From Eledone cirrhosa (Eukaryota): 64,000 nucleotides of DNA. The notes under the pieces were generated by a model, which made no database searches, was not told the origin of the DNA, and saw nothing but the letters and a program-made list of their open reading frames with translations. Location: NCBI GenBank assembly GCA_964016885.1, contig OZ024741.1:109430001-109494000 (forward strand). The letters are read 5' to 3'. Below, in pieces: positions 40,782-55,926 of this stretch (position 1 is the stretch's first letter; every line of letters begins with the position of its first letter). Made by a program: the position numbers and the translations under genes.

Positions 40782-41127
40782 TACGCATGCACACACATAT
40801 ACACACATATATATAGCGTAGATATATTTCCCAAGTATAAAATTAATCACATATAACCGATGCACGAGCCTGCTCTTAACTGTGAAAGTAGCTAAAACAA
40901 AGTTAAGTACTAAAGAATATAGATGTAGCATAATGCTATCAACATTGCTAGAAGCGATTAGACATGATCACTACAATATCTCAAACTAAAACCATGACAT
41001 TTAAAATGGAGTCCGACACATTTCTCGTTCTGATCGTTATCATAATTTTTTTTTCCTTCTCGATCCGGTCTCTAACTTTATATGTCTACTTTCTCTCTCT
41101 CTGTCTCGCATTTCCCCCCTTCTCTCC

Positions 41128-41177
<50 letters not shown>

Positions 41178-41213
41178 GCTACATATATGTGTATAAATAA
41201 ATATATATATATA

Positions 41214-41323
<110 letters not shown>

Positions 41324-43074
41324 TATAAACATCTCTCCCTTTCTCTGTCGCAGTACCCCTCGTTTTTGTCACTCACTGCGTTTTGATATTGATCTCACTT
41401 CTATAGAAATATTCCCTCGATCCTATCTCTGTTTATCTGTCGCTGTTTCTTTTTTCTCACACAGACGTACTCACTCTCCCTCTCTCTCACTTTCTTACAC
41501 AGAAACACTCACTCTTTCTCTCTTACTCACTCTCTCTCATAGACACACAATCTCGCTCTCTCATTCTTTCTCGCACAAGGATAGTCTTCCTCTGCCTTTC
41601 TCTATTTCTTTCCCAAATACGCACTCTCCTCTTCTCTTTCACTCTTTTTCTCACACAGACTCCCCCCCCCCTCTCTCTCTCTCTCTCTCAATCACTTCAA
41701 ACTAATTCTCAACTCTAGTCTCCAAAAATATTCTAACTTAGTTGTTTGGCTTGTTATATAGTCTTTGTCTGTCGCCTGACCACATCTCTTTCTCTCTCGC
41801 TCCGCCCCCCCCCCCCACTTTCTTCTCTTCCTCCCACACTCTCTTTTTCAGTCTTTCAGTCTTTCACTCTCTAACTCTTTCACAACTCTCTCCTTCTTAC
41901 AAACATTCCCTCTCAAAATCTCTCTCTTACAGCTTCTATATCTCTCATACACACATTCTCTCCCACTCTCTACCCCCCCCCCCCGCACACACAACCTCTC
42001 CCTTATTCTCTCTCTCTCTCAAACACACACACACACACACAGATTTTTACATTTCCTCTCTCACACACACTCTCACACTCACATACTCTTTTGATTCTCG
42101 CTTGACCAATTTAGATGGAGTGATTCGCTCTCTGGCTACAACAGTTGGTGGACATTTTGATAACGGCGTATCTGATTGGTTGTGCTGGTAGAAGGTGGTA
42201 GAAGGGTGTTGTTGGGTCGTTACAAGTGGCGCCATCTAAGCCGACTCTAAAACAATATTTTGTATAGAAGTATGTATGTGTGTATCTGTGTGTATATTTT
42301 TCTGTGTATGTGTGTGTGTGAGTATCTGTTTGCCAGTGTGCGTGTGTGTGTGTGAATGTTTTCCTGTTTGGATCTTTGTATTTGCGTTTGTGTGTTTCTG
42401 TGAATGTGTATGTGACAGTATGTGTATTTAAGTGTGTATGTGTATTTGCGTATGTGAGTGTTAGTTTGTGTCTATGTAATTGCATGTATGTGTTTCTCTG
42501 TGGAAGTGTCTCTGTGCGTGTCTGCGTATTTTTGTGTGTATGTCTGCGTGCTCGTGAGTGTGTGTGTGTGTGTGTGCGCGCGCGTGCGCATGTGTGTGTG
42601 TGTGTCTGTGTTTATGTGTGAGTGGAAGTTTGCGCAATATGTGCGTTTATGTGAGAGCGATAGCGAAAAAGCAATGACACAAAGAATAGGTGGGGAATGG
42701 GTTAGAATTAGAGAAAATATATTTTATTGTTAGCATGCATTTTATGTGTGTGTGTGTGTGTGTTTACGCATATCTATTCATACATGTATGTAAGTATGTA
42801 TGACTATATCTATATATCTCTCTCTATATATATATACATACATATAATTATATTTGAAAATATGGTCGTCACAATGCAAATACTATAATAATTATAATAG
42901 ATAACTATAAATATCAATAGTCGAATAAAACTGCAGACGGAATCGAATCACGCATCTCTCATATGTCGGTTTCGATTCCGAACACGTATCAATGTCCATG
43001 ATTTTCCGTCTCCAGGGTTACTTTTCCCAAATTATTGAACTACTATTTATAGTATTTAACCATTATCATATTCC

Positions 43075-43625
43075 TCTGCAATGTAGAGAGTCGGACATGC
43101 TTTCAAGCATAGTTACGTCCCTTTATCATCTGAGTTCAAATCCCACCGAGGTTAACTTTGTCTTTCATCCTTACGGGGTCGATAAAATAAAATACCAGTA
43201 ATGTACTGGTTTATTGCTGCCCTTGTGCCAAAAGTAGAAACAATTATTTTCAAATTTACCAGTGCATCGTATGTCGACCAAATTTTGTTTACGCACACAC
43301 ATACATACTAAGGAGAGTTTGAGCACACTGCCCCCACGACCCTCCCAGGATTAATTGAACGAAGAAGAAGAAAATAATATATATATATATATATATCATT
43401 ATCTATAAATCCCGCCGATGTTAACTTTGCCTTTCATCCTTACGGGGTCGATAAAATAAAGTACCAGTAATGTACTGGGTAATTGCTGGCCTTGTGCCTA
43501 AAGTAGAAACAATTATTATTATTGTTGTTGATAGGCGGTAGATTGGCAGTATCGGTAGAGGGTCGGACGCCATGCTTAGACACATAGAGTTACAGCCCTT
43601 GCCATTCTGAGTTCAAATCCCGAAA
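43075..43625 (+). mobile_element. Cluster of three tRNA-derived SINE pieces
   Basis: Same SINE consensus at about 43080-43250, 43405-43520 and 43533-43622. Confidence 0.8.
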
Positions 43626-43777
43626 CTACAATTGTCACTGCTGGCGCAGCTCCTGCTTCGGCAGTCCAGGTCTGCAATTCATTCACCCACTGCCTGGCAG
43701 ACAAAAAAGTGGTGCCATAAAATGAGTGGTGCAACCTAACTTTGGTAACTTACGAGCAACGCCGGGCTTTAATGGTA

Positions 43778-43813
<36 letters not shown>

Positions 43814-43993
43814 CTTTTGACAACAGCTGGTGATATGCATGTAAGTAAATATTCTCTCCATCTGATATTTCGTAACTTACCTTACATAGATCGATAAAGA
43901 AGTATAGTTACGATGTATTATCATTACCTAGAAACGATCGTAAAGCAGTGAAGTATATTTCTAATGACTTGATTTTTTATTTCATTGTTTTAA

Positions 43994-44086
<93 letters not shown>

Positions 44087-44092
44087 GTATAA

Positions 44093-44181
<89 letters not shown>

Positions 44182-44294
44182 GTTTTTTCAGAGCACCAAT
44201 CCTAATACCTAATTTTTGCTGGACCGGCAATCGCTTTGTATAATCAGCTCCTGGTTATTACTGGAATTCTACAAGAATCCAGCTTCTATAGTTT

Positions 44295-44335
44295 GCTCTG
44301 ATGATCACCAACAGTGTGAAACAGACTCTGTCAGC
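44295..44335 (+). ncRNA. Canonical type I hammerhead ribozyme (family D element 44180-44445)
   Basis: GCT CTGATGA tCAC caaca GTGt GAAA CAGAcTCTG TC AGC. Confidence 0.85.
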
Positions 44336-44456
44336 TCATCTCCCTTCTTTTGCCGAAAAAAAGAAGTAAGTGACATAGTCACTACTTTAAAAATGATTGC
44401 GCAAGGTCTTCAAAATGTTTTTAATTAAACATACTGTATCTTGCCAAATATACTAT

Positions 44457-44497
<41 letters not shown>

Positions 44498-45129
44498 GGG
44501 GGGGGGAGTATACACCCCTATGCACCTGTATATGTATCCCTTGGTATGTGTATATGTATGTATTTACGTGTCAATTATGTCTATTTTCCTGTCTATCAAC
44601 GAGTGTTAATCTATTTATATCCCCCCTCCCTTTTATGTCTATAGCTCCACATAACTATTTAGTCTCCATACTGTTATATACTCGCCAGTTGTATTTCCAC
44701 ATTAGTATACCATGAAATGGAATTGTACATACACCAGTATACCATCAACATTTAACTGTATTTCCACACCAGTATACCATCAGGTGAAAAACACTTAGAT
44801 GGGACAGGTGAGATAAATTAACGTGAGAAGTCGTAAGGTGACAAGGGAGACACAGTAAAGTGGACAGGTAATACAAAGTGGAACAGTAATTCAACACAAG
44901 GTGGATAAATGGGACTCAGTAAAGCGAGGCAAGTAAAGGGTAGTATGGTAAGAGAGATATACTAAGCTGTTTTAGTTGAGACAAAGTAAATCGGTGGAGA
45001 AACAGAACAAAGAACCAGGTGGGGCACATTAAGGAGAACAGTTGAGATGCTAAAGTTGCAGATCTGACATTGTAAGGTTAACAGGCGGAGCATATTAATG
45101 TAGGACAGTTGAGTAACACTTATGTGGTT

Positions 45130-46020
45130 AACTCTCATGGAATGAATGGAGTGGACCTATATCGATTTCGATGATCAATGTTACGGTTGTTCGGTTAATA
45201 AAACAATCTGCATATGAAATTAATGTGAAGTGACTGAGCATTCGTTAAACAAGTACACCTTTAACATAATTTTCAAGAAGATTCAAAATGACACGTTGTG
45301 TTGTGCGACGAGGCTGGCGCTTTCAATTACAGATACATTCTATTCTACCCAATTTCACCCACCATACATGGGCATGGATTGATGCGTTCTATGATAAATG
45401 ACACTTGCCCAAGACGCCATGCACTGGGATTGAACCTGGGATCTAATGATTGTAAAGCGAAAATTTTAACCGTTAGACAATTCTGCGTCCACGTCTCCAT
45501 TCAATCAAATATGTAATCGCTCTCCTCTGTCCGATAAAAAGTCTGTCTCCATAGAATGATTTTCATATAATATTTACTAAATAAATATATAATTAAATTG
45601 CAATTAAATAATTAAATATAAATAAAATATAAATATATTAAATATAATTACATAGTAACTACATTATTAAATATATCCTTTCTACTGTTTGTTTTCTGTT
45701 TGTCGTGTCCCATTTAACGAGGTCAGGTTTTAGAGAGGAAATCTGCGCGCGAGCGTGTGTGTAATTGCAGGTGAAACTGCAAGTCTTAGTGGTTAGGCTG
45801 TTTGGCTTACGATGGTAAGGCCCTGAATTCGATTCCCAGCGGTGCATTCTGTCCTTGAGTAAGACAATTTTTATCCCACGTTGCTCTAGAGGACTCAACT
45901 GACAGTTCAAAGGACCAATCTTGTCCACACAATATATCGCACTGAACCTACCGGAAGACTACGTTAAGAGTGTACGAGCCTGTGGTATTTCACCTACTTC
46001 ACGTTAATTTCTTGAGCAGG
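45130..46020. mobile_element. Two decayed tRNA/CORE-type SINEs in opposite orientation (about 45130-45470 on -, 45785-46020 on +)
   Basis: GAATTCGATTCCC..GTCCTTGAGTAAGACA on +, and ACACTTGCCCAAG..GGGATTGAACC (a reverse tRNA head). Confidence 0.55.
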
Positions 46021-46469
46021 AAAGAGAAAAATAGATTGTGTTGGCAGTAGTACAGTGTGTTACAGATAGATAATATTCAAGTAATAATAGTGCCCCCTAC
46101 CTCAAATAATCTCTTAATGCAATAGTACAATTCGTTTATATCTAATTCTCATTTCATGGGCCCATAGACTCTGAGTGAATGGTAAGGGTGCTGTAATGAT
46201 TATATCCTGCGTATTTCGGGCATTTAAACCAGACGGAGCGCATCCATCTCCAGATCTAAACCAGCCAGTTTCTTCCAGAGAAAGAGACAACGCAAAAGAG
46301 TTACATAATATGACATAATTGACACCGTACTAAGCTGGAACTTTATAGAACTCGAAAGAAAAAAGGACAAAGTTGACCTTGATTCCAGCCATGACCATCC
46401 CGTCGTTCTCCTAGTCAAAGAAGTCACTGGATAACATTATCTTATGTGATATTTCTAGTGCTGTGTGTT

Positions 46470-46880
46470 ACTCTAGTGTTGTGTGGTGTAGTACTGATGT
46501 GTGTTGTGATACATTTGTGTCGTACTGTTGTGTTGTGTGGCGCAGTACTGATATGTGATGTGATACAGTTGTGTCGTACTGTTGTGTTGTGTGGTGTAGT
46601 ACTGATGTGTGATGTGATACAGTTGTGTCGTACTGTGTCGTACTGTTGTGTGGTGTAGTACTGATGTGTGATGTGATACAGTTGTGTCGTACTGTTGTGT
46701 TGTGTGGTGTAGTACTGATGTGTGATGTGATACAGTTGTGTTGTACTGTTGTGTTGTGTGGTGTAGTACTGATGTGTGATGTGATACAGTTGTGTCGTAC
46801 TGTGTCGTACTGTCCTGTGGTGTAGTGCTGATGTGTGATGTGATACAGTTGTGTCGTACTGTTGTGTGGTGTGGTATTTT
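46470..46880. repeat. Minisatellite with a 54-59 bp unit (GTTGTGTGGTGTAGTACTGATGTGTGATGTGATACAGTTGTGTCGTACT)
   Basis: About 7 near-identical units. Confidence 0.9.
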
Positions 46881-47434
46881 TGCCTAGTGTATTATGTATT
46901 GTGGGTTGTGCGAATGTTTTGGGGTGTTCTGTGGTAGTGTTGTGATGCGTGGTCGTGTGATGATATGTAGTAGTGTGGTGTCTAATGTGTGCTATGTACA
47001 AGAAAAAAGAGATGTGATGTTTTGATGCGGTGTGGTGTTCTAGGGAAATGGTGTTCTGTGGTGTATATGTGCGGTGTGGTGCATAGATGTGATATGTGGT
47101 GTTGCAGTGGTGATGTGTGGTATTGTGGTAGTGATATAGTGCTTATGGTGCTTGTGATGTGGAGTGGCGGTGGTGGTGGCATAGTGATGGAATTATGGTG
47201 GAGGCATTGCGGCATCGTAGATGAGGTGGTGATGACGGAATGGTGGTGGTAGTGGTGAAGGTGAATCTCAGTTAATTAATGACTGTCATGTGAGTGCAGG
47301 CTAATGAAAGTCTATTATTATCTCTGAGGATAATTAAAAAGTATGTTGGTGGTTGCGATGGTGTTGGCGTTAGGGTTGATGATGATGGAGGAAGACGACG
47401 GATGGGTTGATTTTATTGCATGAGCTGTGTACTA

Positions 47435-47565
<131 letters not shown>

Positions 47566-47812
47566 TGTATGTATGATGTATGTATCCTTTGTGTATATTT
47601 TGTATGAGTTGTGTATGCTGAGTCACGTAACTGTACAGTGGTATATTATGTGTATATATATATTTATATATATATGCATATATATCCGTATGTGGTTGAT
47701 GGCTGAGAGAAAGAAGTACTCAATAGATGACTCTAAATAACTAAAACTGCAGAGTAACAAGTCTCATATTTTAGCCTTAATATAAATGAATATATATATA
47801 TATATATATATA

Positions 47813-49426
47813 TAAATTGAAACAAAATGAAAACGAAATTTCATTTCTCACTCTTAGTATGGCACTTACTTAAATGTAAGTATGCATGTATACGTACATA
47901 CATATATGTATACAGACGTACAGTAGCATGCAGATATATATATATATATATATATACATATATATATACATATGCATACAGGTACACATACATATATGCA
48001 CGTATCAGTTTAGCGGCGCTTATTATAACGTCGCTTTGTTCGTTTGTAAACAAACTGAACAGCCTGAATTTATGCCATACGGTGTTAAGGCAACCACGTC
48101 ACCTTTTTGTTCAACACTGACACAGGAACGATGTACTAGTTTCAAGCTTGTTAGCTATCATCAGCACCGTTTACCCATCTGCCAGATAGTTGAACGTTCG
48201 AAAGTATATACTTTCCTTATGAAAATTAGCGGCTGAGCAGCCTAATTTGCATATTGAGTGAGTTAAATCGGTCAGGCATACCGAAAACGATAAATTGAAA
48301 CAAAATGAAAACGAAATTTCATTTCTCACTCTTAGTATGGCACTTACTTAAATGTAAGTATGCATGTATACGTACATACATATATGTATACAGACGTACA
48401 GTAGCATGCACATATATATATATATATATACATATATATATACATATGCATACAGGTACACATACATATATGCACGTATCAGTTTAGCGGCGCTTATTAT
48501 AACGTCGCTTTGTTCGTTTGTAAACAAACTGAACAGCCTGAATTTATGCCATACGGTGTTAAGGCAACCACGTCACCTTTTTGTTCAACACTGACACAGG
48601 AACGATGTACTAGTTTCAAGCTTGTTAGCTATCATCAGCACCGTTTACCCATCTGCCAGATAGTTGAACGTTCGAAAGTATATACTTTCCTTATGAAAAT
48701 TAGCGGCTGAGCAGCCTAATTTGCATATTGAGTGAGTTAAATCGGTCAGGCATACCGAAAACGATAAATTGAAACAAAATGAAAACGAAATTTCATTTCT
48801 CACTCTTAGTATGGCACTTACTTAAATGTAAGTATGCATGTATACGTACATACATATATGTATACAGACGTACAGTAGCATGCACATATATATATATATA
48901 TATACATATATATATACATATGCATACAGGTACACATACATATATGCACGTATCAGTTTAGCGGCGCTTATTATAACGTCGCTTTGTTCGTTTGTAAACA
49001 AACTGAACAGCCTGAATTTATGCCATACGGTGTTAAGGCAACCACGTCACCTTTTTGTTCAACACTGACACAGGAACGATGTACTAGTTTCAAGCTTGTT
49101 AGCTATCATCAGCACCGTTTACCCATCTGCCAGATAGTAAACGGTGCTGATGATAGCTAACAAGCTTGAAACTAGTACATCGTTCCTGTGTCAGTGTTGA
49201 ACAAAAAGGTGATGTGGTTGCCTTAACACCGTATGGCATAAATTCAGGCTGTTCAGTTTGTTTACAAACGAACAAAGCGACGTTATAATAAGCGCCGCTA
49301 AACTGATACGTGCATATATGTATGTGTACCTGTATGCATATGTATATATATATGTATATATATATATATATATGTGCATGCTACTGTACGTCTGTATACA
49401 TATATGTATGTACGTATACATGCATA

Positions 49427-49430
<4 letters not shown>
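47813..49430. mobile_element. Tandem array of a 474-bp HHR-bearing unit (about 2.8 copies) ending in a fold-back inversion; retrozyme-like or PLE pLTR concatemer
   Basis: Units start at 47813, 48291 and 48765. An inverted copy occupies 49135-49430. There is one HHR per unit. Confidence 0.85.
49141..49183 (+). ncRNA. Canonical type I HHR (copies on - at 48128-48170, 48602-48644 and 49076-49118)
   Basis: ACGGTG CTGATGA tAGC taacaa GCTt GAAA CTAG TA CATCGT. Confidence 0.88.
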
Positions 49431-49525
<95 letters not shown>

Positions 49526-49534
49526 GCGTGTGTG

Positions 49535-51515
49535 TTGGTGTGTCCACCACCACCTCATTCCCCGCGGTTTCCGCCTTCAGTTTCACCCCACCTCTTATTC
49601 TGCTCCCACTGAGACCATCCTTACCCGCTCCTCTCGCCAGCTCATGCGGGTGACCATTCGATCAACTCTCACCCAAACCCGTTCTCTCGACCGGAATCTC
49701 CCCAAGGCCTACCTCCATCTCTCCTCCACTTGCCACCCTTTCCTCACCCAATCATCCTTTACCTCAATCGCCTCCTTTTCAGTTTCCTCACTTCTATAAA
49801 AAACCGCAAACTCGACTCTCTCCGCTCCCCGCCTGCCGTCACCACCCATATTCATATCACCTTCAACCCTAACCCCTCTATCCAGTCACCTACCACCCTC
49901 TTTCCTCTCCCCACTACTGAATCTGCACACGCTTTGCCCAATCACCTTAACCCCGCCGCCTCCGCTTCTTTCACTCCCTCACGTCCCTGCACAGTAGTCA
50001 CCATACCCCAGGACCTACCACTCTCCGAAGCTGAGCACTCCCTCCTCGCCCGTCGTTTGCGTTTTATACCAACCACATCTACCTGCGATGAGTTCCGCAC
50101 ACGTGCCGAGATTGAAGGGTTCTTCCGTCGATTAAACCTGAAAGCTTTTTTTCATGACACGCCACCATCGACACAGACGGATGACTTCACTCGTCTCAGT
50201 CATCGGCAATCACATTGGACGCTGAGCTCTGGCCAATTCAGCACCCTCGACTCCTTTGTCGATACTTGCCGGCGTACTGTCAATCGGTTCCGTTTCCACC
50301 AGTATTCTCGTCGCTCTAACATCACGCGAACTGAGCTCTCCGCTCTTCACAAACTTCGGCGTCGTGATGACATTGTCATCAAACCCGCTGACAAAGGTGG
50401 CACTGTGGTGGTTTGGAGCGCTGACCTCTATAGGGCTGAGGCTCTCCACCAGCTTCACAATACCCTTTTTTACCGCCCTTCATCCTCCGAGCCCACTCCT
50501 GGCTACGAACAACTCATGTCCTCCACCACCCACGATCTCATCTCCTCCTCTCTCCTACCTCCCACAGCCACCAGCCTCATTGTACGTACCCTCGCACACC
50601 CACCATCTACTTCCTCCCCAAAATACACAAACAAAATAATCCCGACCGTCCTATCGTTTCTGCGTGCAATTGCCCCACCGAGATCATTTCTGAATATTTA
50701 GACACCATCCTCGCCCCGTTGGTCGGCAATCCCCTCCCATATCCACGATACAAATCATGCCCTTATACTCTTCAACTCTTTTCCTTTCCTTCCTAGTCCC
50801 TCCCGCATTCTCTTTACCCTGGACATCTCTTCTCTCTATACCGTCATCCCTCATGATGACGGCCTCCGCACTCTCCAACATTTTTTAGTATTACGCCCTA
50901 CACCTTACACCAGCACTACCACTCTTCTCCGTCTGGCCGAGCTTGTTCAATGGATTTTCTTTTTCGGGTAAATTTTATCAGCAGGTCTCTGGGGTAGCGA
51001 TGGGAACCAGAATGGGTCCAAACTATGCCAACTTGTTTGTTGGCTACGTCGAAACCCACATCTTCTCCCAGTACGCTGGACTGACTCCTGAGCTATACGG
51101 TCGTTATATTGACAACTGTATCGGCGCCACCTCTCTATCACGAGAACAGCTCGACTGTTTTCTTTCTTTTGTCCAATCTTTCCATCCTGCTCTCAATTTC
51201 ATCGCCTCCGTCTCTGATTCTTCTGTCGCTTTTCTAGATATCTCTCTATCTATTAATCACTCTCACCACACCCTCTCTACTTCCATCTTCAGTAAACCAA
51301 CAGACTCCCAATCTTACCTCCACTTCACCTCCTCCCATCCAACCCACAACAAACACTCCATACCCTATTCCCAATTCCTCCGTCTTCGTCGGATCTGTAG
51401 ACAGGACGACGATTTCGAAACCCATTCCCTTCGCATGGCTTCCTGCTTCCTCTAGTTTGGATACCCCCCCCCCCCTGATCCAAGCTGCTCTCGCCCGCGC
51501 CCGTGACACAGACCA
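49535..51515 (+). pseudogene. Decayed Poseidon/Neptune-type PLE reverse transcriptase, 3'-truncated (no GIY-YIG seen)
   Basis: [86 protein letters not shown]. Contains frameshifts. Confidence 0.88.
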
Positions 51516-52183
51516 TATATATATATATATATTTGAAAAAAAATGAAAAGAATGACTTCACTTGTAGTTATAAATAATTTGATTTAATTTTATAATATTA
51601 TAATATTATGAGTTGATAGATCTAGTAAGTTCTTTATTAACTTCGGTGGGAAGAATTTTAAAGATTACTGGTTAACTTTTTGGAGAACTTTCTCGCATTC
51701 GTCGGTGGCGATTATATATATATATATGTATATAATATATAAATATATATATATAAAACAAAGGAAGTGTGATAATAAATCAGGTGGACCATAACACACA
51801 ACAGTACTCGGTACTTAGGGTAGTAGAGCGGGTAATAGGAAAAGAGTCAGGACCCAGACGGCTGAGCTCAGCCGTCGGGGTCCTGACTCTTTGCCTATAT
51901 ATATATATATATATAAAATACAATATGTTGAAAAGGTAACACACTAGAGAGAGATAGAGTGTCATCAATAAAACAGGGAAAACCACCAGTGTATGGAATC
52001 TATAATCTATGGAAGGCAGGGAAGACACACAATAATTAAAAATATAAATTAAAATGTATATACGCACCTCTATAACTATATTGTATTTTCAACATATTGT
52101 ATTTTAAAGAGCTCAGGATTCCTTTTCCTTTGAGCACATAATTTACAGGGACTAACGACAGTCCATGGCTCCGTTAATTTATC

Positions 52184-52226
<43 letters not shown>

Positions 52227-52395
52227 AAATATATATCCCTACACGCAAAAAACATATAGGGACACATGTATTATCCAACCGTATGCTAATGTGGTTCTAT
52301 GGCAGGTTAATAAATTAACGAGCCAGAACATATATAATCAAGGTTTAGCAAATAAGAAAAAGTTTCAAAATAAATTTCAAAAAATTCACTGTACT

Positions 52396-52482
<87 letters not shown>

Positions 52483-53231
52483 CATATATTATAAAGAGTC
52501 GGCAAGAGCTCAGCCGTCGGGGTTCCGGCTCTTTATAATATAACCATTCTCTACTCTCCCAAGTATCGAGTACTCTGTTGAGTAATGGTCTAACCAGTTT
52601 CAAACTGAATCCACCCTGATATTCCCGTCCCTTCAATCTTTCCAATTTATCATTCCTTCTTTTGATGAAGGACTAGCGTCCGAAACATGGATTACAGGTT
52701 AAAATATAGTCTAGATAGATGTGAAACAAAACGAGGATGTAGTTTATGAAACACCCAAATGATTTAGAAGTTGACCTTAAGTAGGAGCAATAGCATTAAG
52801 AATGTCATGAACGCCACCACAGCACTTTCTTTTGAAAATGTTGAAAGTAGGTTTATGAGTATGAATTTTCATAAGATTTTCGTAGGTGGGCTCCCTTTAT
52901 CTCCTGGTAACCAATATTTTTATATAAATCTACGACCGTCGATTGTTTTACCCGTAATTAAGTATTCAGAAAACAAGTAGTGGCTCCTTCATTGCTTTAA
53001 CTGGGATGTGGGGTTGTGATGAGGGATGAGTCAGAAACGTAGTGAATAGGGTGATTTACGCTATGATGTTCTGTGGTTGTTTAACCCCGGGTCATCGCTG
53101 ATTGAGCCGAACTATAATCAAAGGCAGTATAGTTATGGTCATTTGATCTCTTCAAAGGCTTCCAGAAGTGCATTATCTAATGATGGTAATTTCTAGGAGA
53201 TATAGCTGCTATTACTAACGGGTTGAGCGAC

Positions 53232-53775
53232 TGTGGTGTGGTGTATTGTAGTGTAATGTGATATGGTGTGTTGTGGTATGTTGTGCTGTGATGTGTTGCT
53301 TTGTGGTGTGCTATGTTATGTGGTGTGTTGTGGTGTTCTATGCTGTGATGTGGTGTGTTATAATGTAATGTGATGTGATGTGAAGCGTCCTGTTTAGGTG
53401 TGGTGTAATGTGTTGTGGTGTAATGCGATGTGTTTTTTTATGTAATGTAGTGTTTTGCATTTTGGTGAGTTGGGATATGATGTGGTGTGTTGCATTGTGG
53501 TGTGATGTAGTGATATATGGTGTGAAATGCGTGTAGTATTTTGCTTTGTGGAGTGTGTAATATAATGTAGTGTGTTGCGTTGGGTTGGGTTGGGGTGTAC
53601 TGTGATGGGGTGTGGTGTTTTGTGGTATAGTTAGGGTTGTGTGATATGGTGGAGTTGGGTATGATTACTGAGTGTGGTGTAGAGTGCTGTGTATGTTGTG
53701 TTGTGAGTACTGCGATGTGTTATGTATGGTGTGTTGTGTTGTGTGATACGTGAGTTATGAAATGTACTGTGATGT
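53232..53775. repeat. Degenerate (GTGTG/TGTGG)n low-complexity satellite
   Basis: Pentameric TG-rich repeats. Confidence 0.8.
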
Positions 53776-54257
53776 ACTTTTTTAGAATATATTTATGACT
53801 TGAGCATAGGAAAGAGTGTGTCATCCATAACATTTTAAGAGTTTTCAGCGTTGTTTATAGAACATTGTGTCACGTGATATAAAGTATATAATATGACGTA
53901 GGCTGTGTGGAATGGTTTTATAGGAAGTTCAAAGTACAGAGAGAACATACAGTGATAGGCTTCTATTAAAATACGATTTACATTTAGAATGGTTTCTAGG
54001 AATAACAATATCCACCCCACTATTTCATTGCTACTTGAATTTATCGACGCTGAGTAAAAAAAACGAAGTTGATCTCAGCGTAATTTGAACTCAGATCAGC
54101 AACAGAACAAGTGGTGATCTCATGAGAAATAATTAAAGTTTGGATCATCGATGAAGGCTAATTAAGAGGCGTCGTTTACTCCAAACTTCATATGAGTCAC
54201 AGGTGGCGTATTGTATGGCAGTGAAGTAGGGCAGCAGTATAAAAATATATGTATGTA

Positions 54258-54380
<123 letters not shown>

Positions 54381-54394
54381 TACATACATATATA

Positions 54395-54452
<58 letters not shown>

Positions 54453-54566
54453 CGTGTTTGTGTGTGTGTACTATATATACATATATATATTCTATATATA
54501 CATATATGTATGTACGTGTGTATGTCAGTATGTGTGTATATAAAATAGAGAGAAAGGGAGAGGGAA

Positions 54567-54662
<96 letters not shown>

Positions 54663-55121
54663 AGATTTTATACGATGTGCTAATGTGCTGCGTCCTCAAC
54701 GGAATAAAGTGCTAATTAATGACACCAAATAATAAACATGCCTGGTTTACCGGCTTTCAATTATCTCCTCCTCTCTTCCCTCACCAGATGTTCTCTTCCT
54801 TTCTAAGTACAAATATATTTCTAACATAATATACATACATACATACATATATATATATACTTTTATTATTATAATTATATATATATATATAATTATATTT
54901 ATATTTATACATATAAGCGTGGGAATAAGCAAATAGGAACGTCAAACACCTAAATCTGAACGTAGATACATCTAGAATAAACACAATGTAATCAACAAAT
55001 GCCCCAATATGTAAATTACTATATGTAAATTACTCCACAATATATGTCTAAATATTATATATATATATATATATGTGTGTGTGTATGTGTGTGTGTGTGT
55101 GCGTCTGTGTGTGTATGTGTG

Positions 55122-55152
<31 letters not shown>

Positions 55153-55155
<3 letters not shown>

Positions 55156-55652
55156 ATCATCATCAGGTCGAGCTTGCTCGGCTTTCTACGACACGTTTCC
55201 TCCATCCATCTCTGTCTCTCATAGCGTTTGCCAGTTCTTCCGCAGTGCATCCAGCATCGTCCTCAAGTCGCTTGACGTATGTCTTCTTGGGACGACCAGC
55301 GTTTCTTGCTCCATGAGATGAACTCCATAACAACACATCACCTGCTATTTCTTCCCTGCTGCGCCAACAGTGGCCAGCAAATCTGAGTCTCTGTCCACGT
55401 ATTGACCTGCTGATAGGTGGTATATTGCCATAGAGATCCTTATTTGTTGGATGTTCCCTCCAAGACACGTTTAAAGCAGCGCGGGGCATACGTGTGTATG
55501 CCCCGTCTAGCCTTTTCTCCAGTTTCGACGTTAGCATCCAAGTGATAGAGCCATAAACAAGTACAGACTCCACAGCAGCTCTGAAGAAATTCCTTTTCAG
55601 TTTGGCCGGCAGGTTTGATTTCCATATCTTTTCCATTGCATTCAATGCTCCC
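55153..55652 (-). mobile_element. RTE-like LINE 3' fragment with a (GAT)n tail
   Basis: KIWKS...FFRAAVESVLVYGS.TW...RLRFAGHCWR...GRP...MRDRDGWR followed by TGATGATGA. Confidence 0.85.
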
Positions 55653-55711
55653 CATATATATAAGTATTGAAGTTTCCGTTGGAAATTGAAAAAGTCAGAG
55701 TTACAGAGCTA

Positions 55712-55918
55712 AATATTTAATGTATAATAAACAATACAATATAATTACCTCATTACCAAAGGTTTTCCGAATAAGACGAATACAAGAAACGTCCGCATTC
55801 GTTCGTCAGAGAAGGCAAATGTCTGACGAACGAATGCGGACGTTTCTTGTATTCGTCTTATTCGGGAAACCTTTGGTAATGAGGTAATTATATTGTATTG
55901 TTTATTATACATTAAATA
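55712..55918. mobile_element. Fold-back element whose arms start at an HHR-like core (CTGACGA 55823...GAAA CCTTTGG TA 55878)
   Basis: Near-perfect arms of about 95 bp around TCGTCAGA-gaaggcaaatg-TCTGACGA. Confidence 0.7.
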
Positions 55919-55926
55919 TATATATA

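Noticed and set aside
46470-46880. Regular repeat that could be mistaken for a CRISPR array
   Set aside because: There are no unique spacers, the context is eukaryotic and no cas genes are present. It is a minisatellite.
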